In this document: piece by piece, positions 1 through 13,258 of the stretch
How positions within the stretch are numbered: the stretch's first letter is position 1
How the letters are laid out: every line of letters begins with the position of its first letter
NCBI RefSeq assembly: GCF_008831285.2
Contig: NC_045138.2
Location: forward strand, 30,690,001 to 30,754,000
DNA from: Nymphaea colorata
Taxonomy: Eukaryota
Reading direction: 5' to 3'
Length of the DNA stretch: 64,000 bases
Notes under the pieces: generated by a model
Told to the model about the DNA's origin: nothing
Seen by the model: the letters and a program-made list of their open reading frames with translations, nothing else
Database searches by the model: none
Position numbers and translations under genes: made by a program

Positions 1-3000
1 TAGTCTGATCTTGCTCTAGATTCCTTCTTAAAAGATCAATCTCCTCTTCTGAGACCAAATTATTGGTCTTCTTGTTCAATGTATAGGCTGCTGCTAATCT
101 CCTTTTGCAATCATGGCTTGCAGAAGCGTGGTCAATCACTGGAACTAGCATTATTAGCAACATAAACCTGATAAAGCCTTCTTTTATATGTTCAAAAATC
201 GAACTTGAAGCTTCATTCAAACTGGGACTGGAACAAATCTTTCAGGAATGTATTTATGTAAAAAAAAAAGCCTAAACCTGCAACTGAATTGAAATTTTGA
301 ACAAAAAAAAAATCGGAAACCAAAATCAAGATCATGTCAACGTAAAAACATCCTAAACATCTGATGTTAATATTTGAACTAAAGAGATTTGAAGACCAAA
401 CATAATAATGAGACTATGACAGAAATTTGAAGTTTATGTAAAGGACCTAAAATAAACGTCAACTCAAACATCGGTATTTGAAATGACACAATATTTGTAT
501 GGCGAATTTAAATAAGAACTACATGATTTAAGGAATATTTAAATATTTAATGGTGGAATGAGCATTTCTGCATGGTCATATCATTTGTTGAAACAAAATT
601 TCCATAGCAAAAATTAATGTGTTAAGTCTCCATTCAGTTGTACACCACCATGCCATAAAGCGACAATACGATCTGGTTCATTAAAGTATCCGTAATGAAG
701 TTGAACTTGTATAAATAAATTAAACTAATGCAGTGACATGGATAAAACTTCACACGTACTGCGCTTGGTGGATCCCAACCTACCTGCAGCCAGCTTGGTT
801 AGTACTAAAAGGGGGTTACAGCCATGATACAAGGTAGTAAGTAAAGGGCTGAAGTACACATATTACTTGTAGAAAAAATTTAATGTAGAGTACTCCACGG
901 CTATTTCGTGCTTGACATGCGATAATATATTTTTTTTGCACATTCGACCCTAGGTTTTGTTGTTAAATATGATTTTTATTACACCAACTGCAAGGTCCAA
1001 CTGTCATTCATCTCCTCCTCTCTCATAACCCCTCTCCCCTCCCGCCACCCCAAAAAGAAAAAGATGAAGAAAAATACAAAAATAACCCTACTAGTTAGCT
1101 TCAATTCACTCAAAAGGGTTGTGAACCATGACACAAAGTAGAAAGGGGCTTCGGTACAATGCCATATCGTACTTTCTCAATTTGGTCCATCTTCTTACGT
1201 GTAGTATCCAACCAAATAAAAGAGCACCATTATCCACATTATTTCTTGTCCCATTTACGATTTGTTTTCTGCTGATCATTCTACAAAGATTTCATAACAC
1301 TAAAGCTATTTCTCAGCAAACATCAATAAAATTTGTCAAAAGAAGAAAGAACTAAGATGGTGGACATGACTAACCTGGTCTTGGGTAATCTTTCCCAATT
1401 ATGCAGCTAGCCTTTCTTTGTACATCTAATGGAGCAGTCCAAGGTTCATAGATGTACTCTCTAGGCATATCTAGCATGTTTGGGGGAATTGACCCATCAG
1501 AATAAATTTGAGAAAAATTTAGTGAGTCTCTCAAATCAGTTCTACGTCATACCTCTTAAAACAGGGATGAAGTATCTGATGAAATTTCCATCAGGATCAT
1601 ATTTCTTTCCAAAAGTTGTAGGGGAATATATGCGATGATACTGAAAAGTTCACATTAAACATTTTATCAACAAAAAATAATATTTGCTTGAAAAGAAATC
1701 TGTGTATCTATAAATGAATTGAGATCATGTCTTAAGCTAACTTTTTTCCGAGGGCCAAGGGTAAATGTCTTTTACCTGATAAAAGAAGGATGAGCAAGAA
1801 AGCCACAACCAGTTGCCGTTATTAATTGACCAATCAGAATCTATAAGAAGCCTCTCGAAAACATCACGTCCTTTCTCCCAATGGATAAACTAAGTAAACA
1901 ATCATAATCAAACTACTAATACACATCATTGTAATCAGTATGCTCATTAACGCAAGTCCTAGCCTATATGGCTACATCCAACGAACCAGATATCAGCTCA
2001 AAGGACATTGTCTCAACCATTGTTGCTGGCACGGGTAGAAAACTACATGCACCAAATAGTGTAACACAGTTTCCCAACCACATGGTTATCTCATTTATGG
2101 GTGGAAGACATTTCCAATATATGCACAGAATGAGGTAGTGGCTTCAGATAATTGGCAACATAAGACCATGATTCAGTGCTTCAAGAATTTCATGCATATG
2201 GATGATGAGGCAAAGACAGTCTAGTAGTCACAGCAATATATGTTCAAAAGTTTACCAATGATCAAGTTAAAATAGACAGTCTAGTGAGTCTAAATTAGTA
2301 CAACAGGAACCAAAAGTTACATCCTCCCTGCCACGAAACTGAAGGTGTAGTCAGTACCATATTAACGCTTGGGTGAAACGAACATTGACAGTTGAGATTT
2401 ATCTAAGCCTATGACAAAGCCACATTGAGGTAATACCAAGTACTTAACCATGTTATTGACAGAACCTGATCAGTGGTTGCATGCTCAAGCACATTTGATA
2501 TATGCATCCATGCGGTTCTATTGTAATGGACATTATGAACAATACCATGAAAATCCAATAGATCCTGATTAAATAAGAATGGAAACAGAGAGGAAGAAAA
2601 ATATCCACCCCTCTCTCTTTGCTTGGTGGTCCATTTAAAACAAGAATGATGCTGAACTTATAATCTGCTTGTAGTTGAACTATTAAACTTATTATGCAAC
2701 TACTATCCTACACCTAAGTAAGTTAACAATGGAAAACATTGCATACGTTAATAGTTCAAGGAAAATTAGAGTACATTCCAATTGGTATTGCTGGAAAAAT
2801 TTTAGTGTTTCAGTCATGACCAATTAAAATGTATGAGCTCAACAAAATGTGAAGTATGTTATGATAGCACTGCATTCTACTGGAGTCTGGCATCAATCTA
2901 ATATTTTTCTTGTTGATGATCTTGTGGCTGCTGTGGCGACAAAAACTTTCCTGTTTACCAATGACAAAGCCCACAACTATACAGACACAGTATGGTAGCT

Positions 3001-6000
3001 ATCACAATGGAAACATATCACCCATGAAGAAAACCTTCTAAGTAAACCATATTCAAAATTCTTATCACAGTAAGGTGTGAAAAATTTTCAAGTAAAACAA
3101 GTTGTCCTGTTTCGATAGGCAAAATATAAACTGTGTAAAATGTTTTTTTATTTTGTAATACTTAATGACAATATATTATAATTAACTCTTCCATGTACCC
3201 ATGTATGATGGTAAAATATCAACTTGCAATTATTAAATATTAACAATGGCAGACAGGAGGGTCAGTCTACCAGATCTCCACGAGTCAAGAAACAAGCAAC
3301 AGCATGTCGAGCAAGATGATGCACCCATCCCCATCTATGAAGCTGCAGAAACAAATACATTAAAAAAAGAATTTGATTTTTAGTGCATATATGTGTAAAA
3401 TCATTAAATCATACAAACCCAAAAGATCAAGTCATCAAACCTGGACCATTACAGCATCAATCCAAGGATAACCTGTTTTTGCCTCTCGCCAAGCAACAAA
3501 AAGTGCATCATCCTCATTCCATGGTATCTACATAGTTGTAAATAGCCTGTCAACATTTGGTTGGAAGATGATTTTGATATCACAAAAATTTAAGAACAAG
3601 TTAAACTCACAGATTATTCCGTGCGCCAAGAGGTCGAAGAAAGCATGATTAATTAGCATGCATGCAGTTTGTGAGCTTCCTCCAGTTCTTTAAAACATTT
3701 CTCTCAAAATATATATACTCTTTGACGTTTAAATGGAAGATGTTATAAGTTCCTTTTGATACAAAAATACTTTAGAAATGCAAAGCCATTTAATAGATTG
3801 TCATCCAAACAGCAAAAACAAGTATTTACGTTCTTACAATAACCCATGTCAGAAAACCAGGTGTTGCAAGTCCATGTTTTTGAACATAAAACCAGGATTT
3901 GCATTTTGTAACATATGTTCTGTCTTCCATGTTTTAGCCTTGGTCTTGTGCATTCAAAAACTCCTTCAAAGTTGATGAAGTGGCATCGCGGCTGACATGC
4001 TTTAGCTTATATATATTTTTAAAGAAGGGAACTGCTTTGGGTGCTGGATGTAGACAAATTTCTTTTTCACCTCAAATTGGGCACTTATCAAGAAAAATGT
4101 CATCCGATTTGGAGACAAGGAATTAGAAGATGAAAGAGAAAAGTTGCTTCAAGGTAAAACTTCTTGAATGCAAGTATTAGAGGGAAAGGAATAAGAGAAG
4201 CATTTCTCATAAAACATGTTTTCCCAAACATTCAAAGGAAATAAATTCCAAAATTAGAAGGGTAAAAATATTTTTCTCATTTTTATTGCATGAGATATCA
4301 TATACCTTAATTGAAAGATGAAAGCTGAAATCAAGCAGATGAAAGAATCAATGTTGTAAAAAGCGTACTGCAAGTCGTATCAGTCTGGCTTTAAGATACG
4401 CTGTATAGTATAATATCATAATGTATCGTAACTGTATCGTATTTTTTTTAAACACAAAAATTAATCAGAAAAAATAAGAAGAGTTCTGAAAAAACAGTAA
4501 AAATTAGTGTATCATAATCGTATCATAACGTATCGTAGTTGTATCGTAACGTATCGTAGTCGTATCGTAATTGTATCGTTCCGTATCGTAGTTGTATCAT
4601 ACGATACGGTGCCTGTATCGTAATTGTACAATACAAATGGTGTATCGTATCGCATTTTTTTAAACGCGATGATACGTATCGTACCATACATACAACACTG
4701 GAAAGAATACAATTCTAATGCAAGATACATGAAATATGCAAAGTAGACCAAGAGAATGTTTTCTCCAAAAACTGTACCTGTTTGCAGATTCTATTCCCTT
4801 TCATCTGGTCAAAATTTGGAGTTCCAAATCCCACCGTGTAGAAAAAGTCTCGCCATAACAACTACGATAAAATACAATATTGTGACTATTGAATTCCAAT
4901 TGCAAGAACACCTTAACTAAAGCCATCAATAGACCAACCTGTCCAACAAGTGAAACTGGTGGGGATGTGTGATTTTTAACGTTTTTATACACATCTAGGA
5001 GGCGCTGATAAAAGTATCTGGAAGAAAGGCAGCCAAACTGGAAATACCAAAATCAGAATTATAATTAGTATTATAAAATCATTCTTCATCATAAAAGACA
5101 AAAAGGTTTTAGAACCTAATCTCTCCAAAACAGGGGTCGAACATGCCTTCAAGTAAGGGGACAAAACTGTCGTTGCCGGCTTAGACAAGGCAGTTGGATC
5201 ACCTTTAGGTTTGTCAAAGCATGCAACCCACTCCTGCACATGATGACAAGAGTTGATGCCAAGTTTAAAATATATATTTTTCAGAGATTTGTCAAGATGA
5301 ACAAAAATGACAAACAAAATGAATTGGCATAAAGAAATGCAACCCACTCCTGCATGTGATGATAAGAAACCTGTCTGCAAATTGCAATCTTGCTTTGGCA
5401 TTCAGAGATGAATGTGAATCGTACTTTGGGATTTGACTAGATAATGCCTCGACAAGAGTAAATAAGTAATAGAATAGTTATATCTATTCCTTTAGCATCT
5501 CAAATTCATCCAGTACTTATTAGAAGTCTTACAGATCATAACATGTCATATGAAACGTATTGTAACAGTGAGGAGAAAACAGTACTTTTCACCTCCTGAG
5601 ATTAGTTTCAGGGGTACAACATGCTTTTTGCAGCATTGCCTATTAGTGTACCATGTACTTCCTTGTCCACACAATAATTTTGTCAAGAATACCACAATCC
5701 AGAAGATTTTGTCTTCAGTTAAGCTTCTGCATTAGCTTGCTGGACTGATGTGGCGATGGAAGTAACCACAATGTGGCTAGTAAGTTCTCCCTTCTTCATT
5801 TCTTATCTTCACCATGACTTATTTCTGCTAGGCCTCAACGTAGAGGTTTTTTGCCTGAGATTCACAAGAAAATCCATCCTTGACTTTCATTGATTAAGTT
5901 TGCAGCAATTGAACTTGAGACAGTACCTATATGAGTTTTTGACTAAAAATGAACTATAATTTATAAATTCAGAAAAGAAAGAACTGTTACATTTATTCAA

Positions 6001-8089
6001 TGAGATCGAGCTGTTAGGATCCAAGATATCAACGGACAAAAATAAATGCCTTGACTAAAATCAGAAGCTCAGAGTTTATTTACCTTTTCACTAGAATAAT
6101 GAATATTCAATAGAATTTATCTAAGTGTTAAGGGATCACTTGTCACCACAAGGCAAGGGTGCATCGGGTTTTGGATGCGAGGAAAACAAAAGAAATTGGA
6201 AGAAGAAGAGACAAGAAGAAATATGAAACCAAAGAATGACAGTTACATTATATATATATATATTATGTTGGACGGATAATTGCCATTATGAATCTATGAT
6301 AAGGATAAACCGATAAAGTACAAAGAAACACATCATAAAAGATCAAGATCTCTTGAGAACTCAACCTCAAGTCAGCTAGAAGATTCTCTCAATCCGAATT
6401 TTCGACAAATGGACTGCAGTTTTGCTTCATTTCCAACACTTGGCCATCACGTCTGCAAGCTGGAGTCCAGAGCTTGTAACCGAAATGCCCAACTCCATTC
6501 TACTGGACACCTTCCACTTACTAATAGCACCATGTCCATTATTTGATTCAGTCCAGAATCTCAATATATTTGTGCATTTCCTCTCTCCACTTAGGGCCTT
6601 TCACTTCCCTTTTACACTCCTGGCAATGATACTTGATTAGGTACCAGCCATAAAAGGTTGATAGGTTGAAAGCTCACACCTCATCCGTTCTTCTGCTCCA
6701 ATAATCCTCCTAAGAAAAGTAATAAGCTCATCAAAATTTAGGTTTGATACGCTTAAAATGCACGTTTTGGTAAATTTCCCCAACACGATCCGAAAATTTT
6801 TTTTTATAGTTTCTGTAATTTTTAGTGATACCACTACCAGGCAACACTCTCATGGCCCTTGGTGAGCCAAGCAACTAAAAGGCTCATGGTTCCTAGGGGC
6901 AACATGAGCACTAATAGTCATAATAGTAATAGAACCATATGCATCAATGTTTTTCAATAAAATGTATAACCTAAAGATATCCCAAATTTTATAAACAAAC
7001 TGATGTACATGGATTGCAATCAAACGTTCAAGGCAAATCAAATTGAGAAAATGTGGAGAAAGTACATCAAAAATTGCAACTACAGAAAGTGGAAGGAAGA
7101 GGAAACCTATGAACTACTCTTTTGGGGGCATGTGTGATGAGAAAAAACTTCTCTCAGGAGATAAGATTTTCCCATCTCATCATAGGTGCTACAAGATGAT
7201 GAAACAAGGAAAACGCGTTCCAGACATTTTGTTCTATCTAATCCGCATTAGAGGAACATCCAGATAGACTCTAAGTGGTCCAATCTAGGTATGCAGAAAG
7301 GCTTACTGGATATGTTTCTTGCAAAAGAGTTCTAAGTGCATGCCAACACTATTAAGGACAGAAATTCCGCTAAACATGATATCAACCAATTCAGTCCCTA
7401 CTTGAATAAAAGAAGGCCAGGTAGAACCTACATTTTTAAAGCAACAAAGTGGACATCAATTATTTGAGAATCTAATTCAAAAATATTGCACCAAATAAAA
7501 GGATATGACAGGTTCTAACAAAAGTATCTTGAAATTGTATTCATTATATAGCTTAGGCCTACAGGCAGAGAAAATAAATGTGATTGATTATTACATGCCT
7601 TGTCATTAAGCAATTCCCCCAATCTCTTTAAAGCTTCAGATTCACCTCCTCGAAAAGGAGAGAATTCTTCCTGCATTTGATGAGAGCATAATCAGCAAAT
7701 AAAATAATGAAAAATGTTTGGATATCCACATTAGAGATCAAACCTGTCTCAGATTCCCATAGCCTAGTTCATTGATCCTTGGAACACTCATAAGATCACA
7801 CTCGCCAAAGTCCCCCAAAGAAGGAAGTTTTTGAGGAGGTAGTGCAATTGAGAGCTGAGGACTTCCGGCTAGTTTCAGGAATGATTGATAAGTCAATGGT
7901 GGCTTCCCACCATTCTTTGATGTTTAAAGGCATCCAATAGAAAATAAATGAAATCAAGTTAGTCACATGGAGAAGGATAGGATTTAGATGAAAATACAAA
8001 AGAACAATAGAGCATGTACAAGATTTTGGAACTAGAGTACGTCAAATGCCCTGGTTCCCTAGTTCCTGTAGGAGTGCTAAGTGAATGGT

Positions 8090-8127
<38 letters not shown>

Positions 8128-8164
8128 TCCGCATACATAGTAAGAATCTACATACGTCTACATG

Positions 8165-8257
<93 letters not shown>

Positions 8258-11076
8258 GTATGTATATGAAGGCTGTAATATCAAGACTTAAAGCATATTA
8301 TATGGAGAAAGCAACACCCTCGGGAGCCCAAAGTCATAGACACTTCAGACAATATTCAAATTAGCTAATTGGATCACCTACTATCTAGTATCTAGTTTGA
8401 ATCATCAAATATTTAAATTTAACCATTAAGTATCTCAAGATGAAATTAACAGTTGGGATATGTCCAAAAGCCTTTCAAGGGAATGAAGATAAGAGCTAAA
8501 AATGAAAAAATGGGAAGTGCATACAATTATTAGGAACCCAAGAACTGAACCTGAATGCATCTGAGGGAAATTAATAACAATAAAATAAAATAAAAAAAAG
8601 AGACAGCAGTGAGGTAATATTAGGTTAGAAAAGGCAGCAGTATAGATCAAAATCCTGGAATTTGTAGCTTAGCAAGGTAAAATAGAAACAAGACTGCTCA
8701 TTTCCTTATCAGTATATCATCATCCATACACTGATAAGCCTGTCAGGAGCATATATGTCTTCCCTAGGTGTGTGTCAAAATGTCAATTAAACACCAAGTA
8801 TCTTGACATCAGTTCAAGAAAATAGGCCCTTTAATACTTGTAGTATTGTCAACACCACCAAGAAAGAAAAGCAGGAAACTAAGAGCAAAAAAGATGACCT
8901 CTTTTCCAGTAACTACTAACAAAATAATTCTCAGTAAAATTAAAATAACACCAAAGAAAAATAAATAAACAAGTACAGTTTCCTTTATGTACTGCCAATC
9001 ATACATGGTGTACATATAATTAACTAAACTAATTGATAACAGAAGACACGAGTTCAGATGTATATCTCTTCACCTTTTGTATGATCTCCTCAGGATTAAA
9101 AAGTGTATGGCTAACAGGAGAAAGTACTTCTATCCCAGCTGATGAAGCAAAGTCCTGCACGAAGAGAAAAGCTTGGCAGTTGATTGATCAAGAAATAACA
9201 TGCACTTGAGTCTACATTCATATACATGAATAATCAGTACCATCTCCCTAAACTTTAAGGATATAAACCACTACCACGTGTAATGTGAGACCATTCATAG
9301 ACATATATTTTGCACTAATAGCTGGAGTTGCAAGAGTTGTTATTGCCCTTCAAGGATGTGGAAGGTTAGTGTAACATCGAGCAATCCACTTGCATTGTAG
9401 AACATATTTTAGAGCAATCTTTTTTCAAACCCATAAACTATAAATCTTTCGATATGAGCTACTGCTTGAGTCTTATGGATGCTGATTTTCCAGGTAATAA
9501 AATTTTGAATTAATCAAGTAGAAGCAGAATGGTACTGCGGACAAATTTAAAGGATAACCAATTCATGGTGGTTCTAACTAAAGAATATTCTTCCAAACAA
9601 TCTGGAAACCATTTTGTTTTAAGCAAATTTGGTAAAGCATGTCTGGCAAAAACACTTTGTTATTGATCAAAAATTTGAGAAAAATAGTCCAACAACTAGA
9701 AGGTAAAATAAATTGCTCACTTCCCTAAATGAACTTCCTGTTGACTATTTAACGACAAGACAGACATCCAAATATTCCAAATAGAGGTCACCAAGTTCAG
9801 GAAAGCCTAAGATGTAGACTTAGATAAACCACAATCATAAGAACACAGAGAAAATAAAGTATACCATCGCAAGTTACCTATTATTTTGTGGGATAAACTT
9901 AAAAAAACGTACCAAAAAAGAAGCAAATATTTAGCTAATTCATCAGATTTCACCTATTTCAAGAGTTAATTCTGACGGCTTTTGTTTGAAATTGAAACAT
10001 TTCATTGTGGGGAAGCCGCAATTTGATCTCTCAACAGTTAACTGAGATGTTAGACTTCTATCTTAGATACAGTAGTGAACCGCTCTTGACGTCCAGTGCT
10101 CCAGATGAATCTTGAAGTTACCAATATCCCGCGGAGGAAATTCCAAGATGCTAAGGGGGGATAAGCAGGGACGTGAAAATTACCACAAGCATTCTCAACA
10201 TATACTTCTGAAAGGGGAGAAGAAGGGGAGAAACAAACAAAGGAAAAATCAGTATAGAGTCCACACCTTGACTTTCCTGTCGCGATTCAATCCATAAGGC
10301 TCTGTATCAAATTCAAAGCAAAGTTTACCAATATTCCACTGCAAAACAGAGCATAAACGGAACTACGTCAAACTCAAAGCAAAATCTACAATGTTCCACA
10401 GCCCAACGTGGTCACATGTTGACCACAACACTAAAAAATCGACTCGCACAATCGGGGTTGACTTTTAGCACACGATCATCTTAATATGCGGGTCATGAAT
10501 ATCATCAAGACGCATTTTCATTTCATAAATGGTCTTTGGCCTAATTTCGCAACGGTAGGAGAATGTACAAATTTAAGTTACGTGGCTCAACCAAGATAAG
10601 AGAAATTGAAATTGCAGGTAAAATCACTACACTTCTAGCTCTTCCTTTTCAAAAACACTAGCTCTTCCCTTCGAGAGTAAATTTGAACAAAATGCACAGA
10701 AATTAAGATAACGTAACAACCGCAAACGAAAAGAAATTCAATCGAAAGCAAAAGGTATCAAATAAAGGAAACCAACGCGCTTGAGAAGCTTGATGATGAC
10801 ATCTGCAGCATCGCCCTTGAAGAGAAGCAGACGCGACCCGAGCTTCTTGAGGCTGCAATCAAGGTCATCGAGGCTCTCAAGCATGAACTGGATCCGGTTG
10901 ACGCCGGCACGGGCTGAGCCAGGAGAGAATGCAGTGGGATCGGGATCCAGGTACCACGAGTCGAGGACGAAAACAGGGTAGAGATGCCTGGAGTTCCTGC
11001 ACGCGTGCTCGAGGGCCGGATTATCATGAAGCCGGAGGCATTTCCTGAACCACAGCAATGAATTCACTGCTTCCAT
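1..11076 (-). CDS. UVR3: (6-4) DNA photolyase (UVR3-like), 14 coding exons, 3' end beyond the window's left edge
   Basis: Exons read on the minus strand: 11076-10777, 10338-10267, 9154-9074, 7914-7744, 7670-7599, 5233-5147, 5037-4939, 4861-4778, 3527-3441, 3342-3271, 1889-1776, 1640-1553, 1470-1375, 138-<1. They splice in frame to [22 protein letters not shown]...FRGGESEAL...[14 protein letters not shown]...QLLWRDFFY...[14 protein letters not shown]...[20 protein letters not shown]...[18 protein letters not shown]...[15 protein letters not shown]...YIYEPWTAP...GKDYPRP, which are diagnostic photolyase/cryptochrome motifs including the (6-4) HHLARH. Introns 5 and 6 use GC donors. Confidence 0.95.
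4349..4700. mobile_element. Non-autonomous hAT-type MITE in UVR3 intron 8
   Basis: TIRs CAATGTTGTA (4349) / TACAACACTG (4691-4700). Perfect 8-bp TSD GAAAGAAT at 4341-4348 and 4701-4708. Interior is packed with subterminal GTATCGTA motifs. Confidence 0.9.
5337..5366 (-). repeat. Duplicated copy of the UVR3 intron5/exon6 acceptor junction
   Basis: ATGCAACCCACTCCTGCATGTGATGATAAG (5337-5366) versus ATGCAACCCACTCCTGCACATGATGACAAG (5221-5250), offset 116 nt. Confidence 0.8.
8090..8268. repeat. Compound (AT)n/(AC)n/(ATGT)n microsatellite in UVR3 intron 3
   Basis: Directly visible dinucleotide and tetranucleotide runs. They explain the YIYI/THTH low-complexity ORFs here. Confidence 0.95.
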
Positions 11077-11250
11077 GATCGAGCCAAGCGGGCTGAACAA
11101 AACTCGTACGAAAACGGAGAGATGATCGAGATGGGAAACAGGAGGGAGATTCTTCTTCTTTCTAAGGGAATGCGAAGGATTTTGCGGGAGAAAAGGAACC
11201 GGGAGATTGATCGGAGACAGAGGAGACGGCAAGAGGCTCTGGTGAATCTT

Positions 11251-11439
11251 CACGTGAGGAAGCCGTGAGAAGAAGTCATATAAATGAGGAGGACGAGGAG
11301 GGCGGTTTACTCGAGCGGTTAGAAGGAGACCACGTCCCTCTTTCGAAAAAATTCGCGCGAAATCGCATTCAGATGGTCGGGATAGACTGCGGTGGCGCGG
11401 TACAAAATGCACGTACCGCGTCTCGGAGAGTGACACGTG
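11251..11439 (-). promoter_or_regulatory. Putative UVR3 proximal promoter: G-box/ACGT elements, TATA-like box, E2F-like site
   Basis: CACGTG at 11251 and 11434; CACGT cores at 11331 and 11410; TTTATAT (minus) at 11278-11284; TTTCGCGC (minus, 11355-11362) overlapping ATTCGCGC (plus, 11351-11358). All lie 175-365 nt upstream of the ATG. Confidence 0.45.
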
Positions 11440-13113
11440 TTCGAGTTCATTACATCGAATATAATAGATCTCCGGCGATGGCCCCGACCCGGACAAGGGC
11501 AAACCGAACTTCGGATCAAATTGAGCCATTGAACCAAACCTGATCCATTCCCATGAAGAGAATTGCTCTGTACTTGTATTTTTAACTTGCATATTACGGT
11601 TTTTTGGATCTTATCCGGAGCCCCATTTTGGATCTGGGGTCCAAATTAGGCACATACCAGCTAGTTTAGGACCCATGACTGGTAAGGTCCGATGGAAATA
11701 CTTATTTCAATGTAGCTTTTATGTTTCTTATCAGTTGCTTACTTCACATATTTAAATACAAATGCAAAGCACCAAGGGAAGTAGCAGAGTGGCCGAGCAA
11801 CGGTCACGTAAAAAGTGTGTCATCAGTTTAATTTTGGTGGGTGCTACTCTTTTAAATTGTAAACAATTTAATCCCGACATTTTAGATGACAAATACATCA
11901 TATTGTTTGTACCTAGGTCTCGACGTAGCCCAAAACTGACTGACAAGGGGAAGCTTCTCAAGTATCACCTCCAAGGAGGTGGTTGCGTCATATTGCACTT
12001 TTGGAACAAATTCTGTATGGTTTAGCTACTACAAACGGGTGAACCAATAAGATTTTTTTTTTGTTTTTTTCCACACTTCCTCTCCCGTGAGATGAGCCTT
12101 TAGTTGAATCTTCTTCATCCATGCTCTGTTCAGAAGCAAAGCTTAAAGCAGACCAAGGAAGTTTGATACAATTGGGCTGTCTTCATTTTAGAAAATCCAA
12201 CGAAACTTGCCTTCAACCATCACCAGACATCTATTGTGATACTCTAATTTGAAATGTTTAATCATGTATATAAGTTTGTGAAAAATCATGTAAGACTTAT
12301 AAATGAGGTTATTGAGTGATTAGTTGTCTTGTTTTATAGTTTTTTGGGGATGAAATTGAAACTGCTAGGAGACAATTAACGTTTAAGCCCATGAGAGTGA
12401 ATCAAAACGTCCTTTAATTTTATCCTTTTTAACGCTAAAACAAAAGCTGTTACGAGTGGATTGAAATTCACGACAAGCCCGATGTGGAAATAGATTGGGT
12501 GGATACACCATTTGACTTTTTATCCATATAATGTAACTCTAAATGGAAACTGGCTCTGTAAGCCAAACCGATGAAGGAGAAACCAAAACTCTTGTACAAA
12601 AATGTGATCTGATTGGAGACCTGTAAGTGACCCCTAAGAACATGCTGATGTCAATTGTTTCTGCAGCAGAAAACTTGCAGATTTCTCATTTCAATTCAAT
12701 TTCAGCTTCACAAAGACGCTCACATGAACCAAAGCAGTCTGAAATATCTGAAACACGAATGTTTTAGCATTTGGGGAGTCGAGCAAAGGAGAACTTTTTT
12801 AGAGTTTAGGCTCCACAGTTGAATGTTATTATCCGTCCTGTGAATTGCGAGAGTTTTCTCTTGGCTTAGCAGAGGAGCTTGATTCATGGTGTGCCATGCT
12901 CCGATGTCTCATAACCACGGCTTAGCATCTCTCTCCTCCCTCTGGTTTTATCAGCAGAAAGAACCCAAAGAAATCCGACTGTTGCTCCTACACGTCAGAA
13001 AACGAAGCGACAGAAACGAACATAGGGATCAATCCCTCGCCCTCCCTAAGAACCAAAGCGTTGCAGAAGCTGGAAAGGCAATGTGAAGGGGGAAGAACAA
13101 CGTTGTGGGGACG

Positions 13114-13115
<2 letters not shown>

Positions 13116-13155
<40 letters not shown>
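13116..13155. repeat. (CT)n/(AG)n microsatellite
   Basis: Uninterrupted CT dinucleotide run. Confidence 0.95.
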
Positions 13156-13159
<4 letters not shown>

Positions 13160-13258
13160 GCGAAAGTAACCAATCTTCTTCGCTAGGACCCAAATCATCC
13201 AGAACTTGGAAAAGAGGATGTGAAAGCAGAAAAATAACGATTTGGGTAATCGGAAATA

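Noticed and set aside
6420..7420. Possible LINE remnant in UVR3 intron 5 (minus-strand YLDVPL-like patch)
   Set aside because: Only one or two weak motif resemblances; not supportable without a search.
11077..11592. 172-codon N-terminal extension of the UVR3 ORF in the ORF track
   Set aside because: It runs through promoter-like sequence. Photolyase similarity starts at the Met at 11076.
12850..13250. Possible H/ACA snoRNA downstream of the C/D RNA
   Set aside because: There is a small hairpin and an ACA, but no convincing ANANNA hinge or second hairpin.
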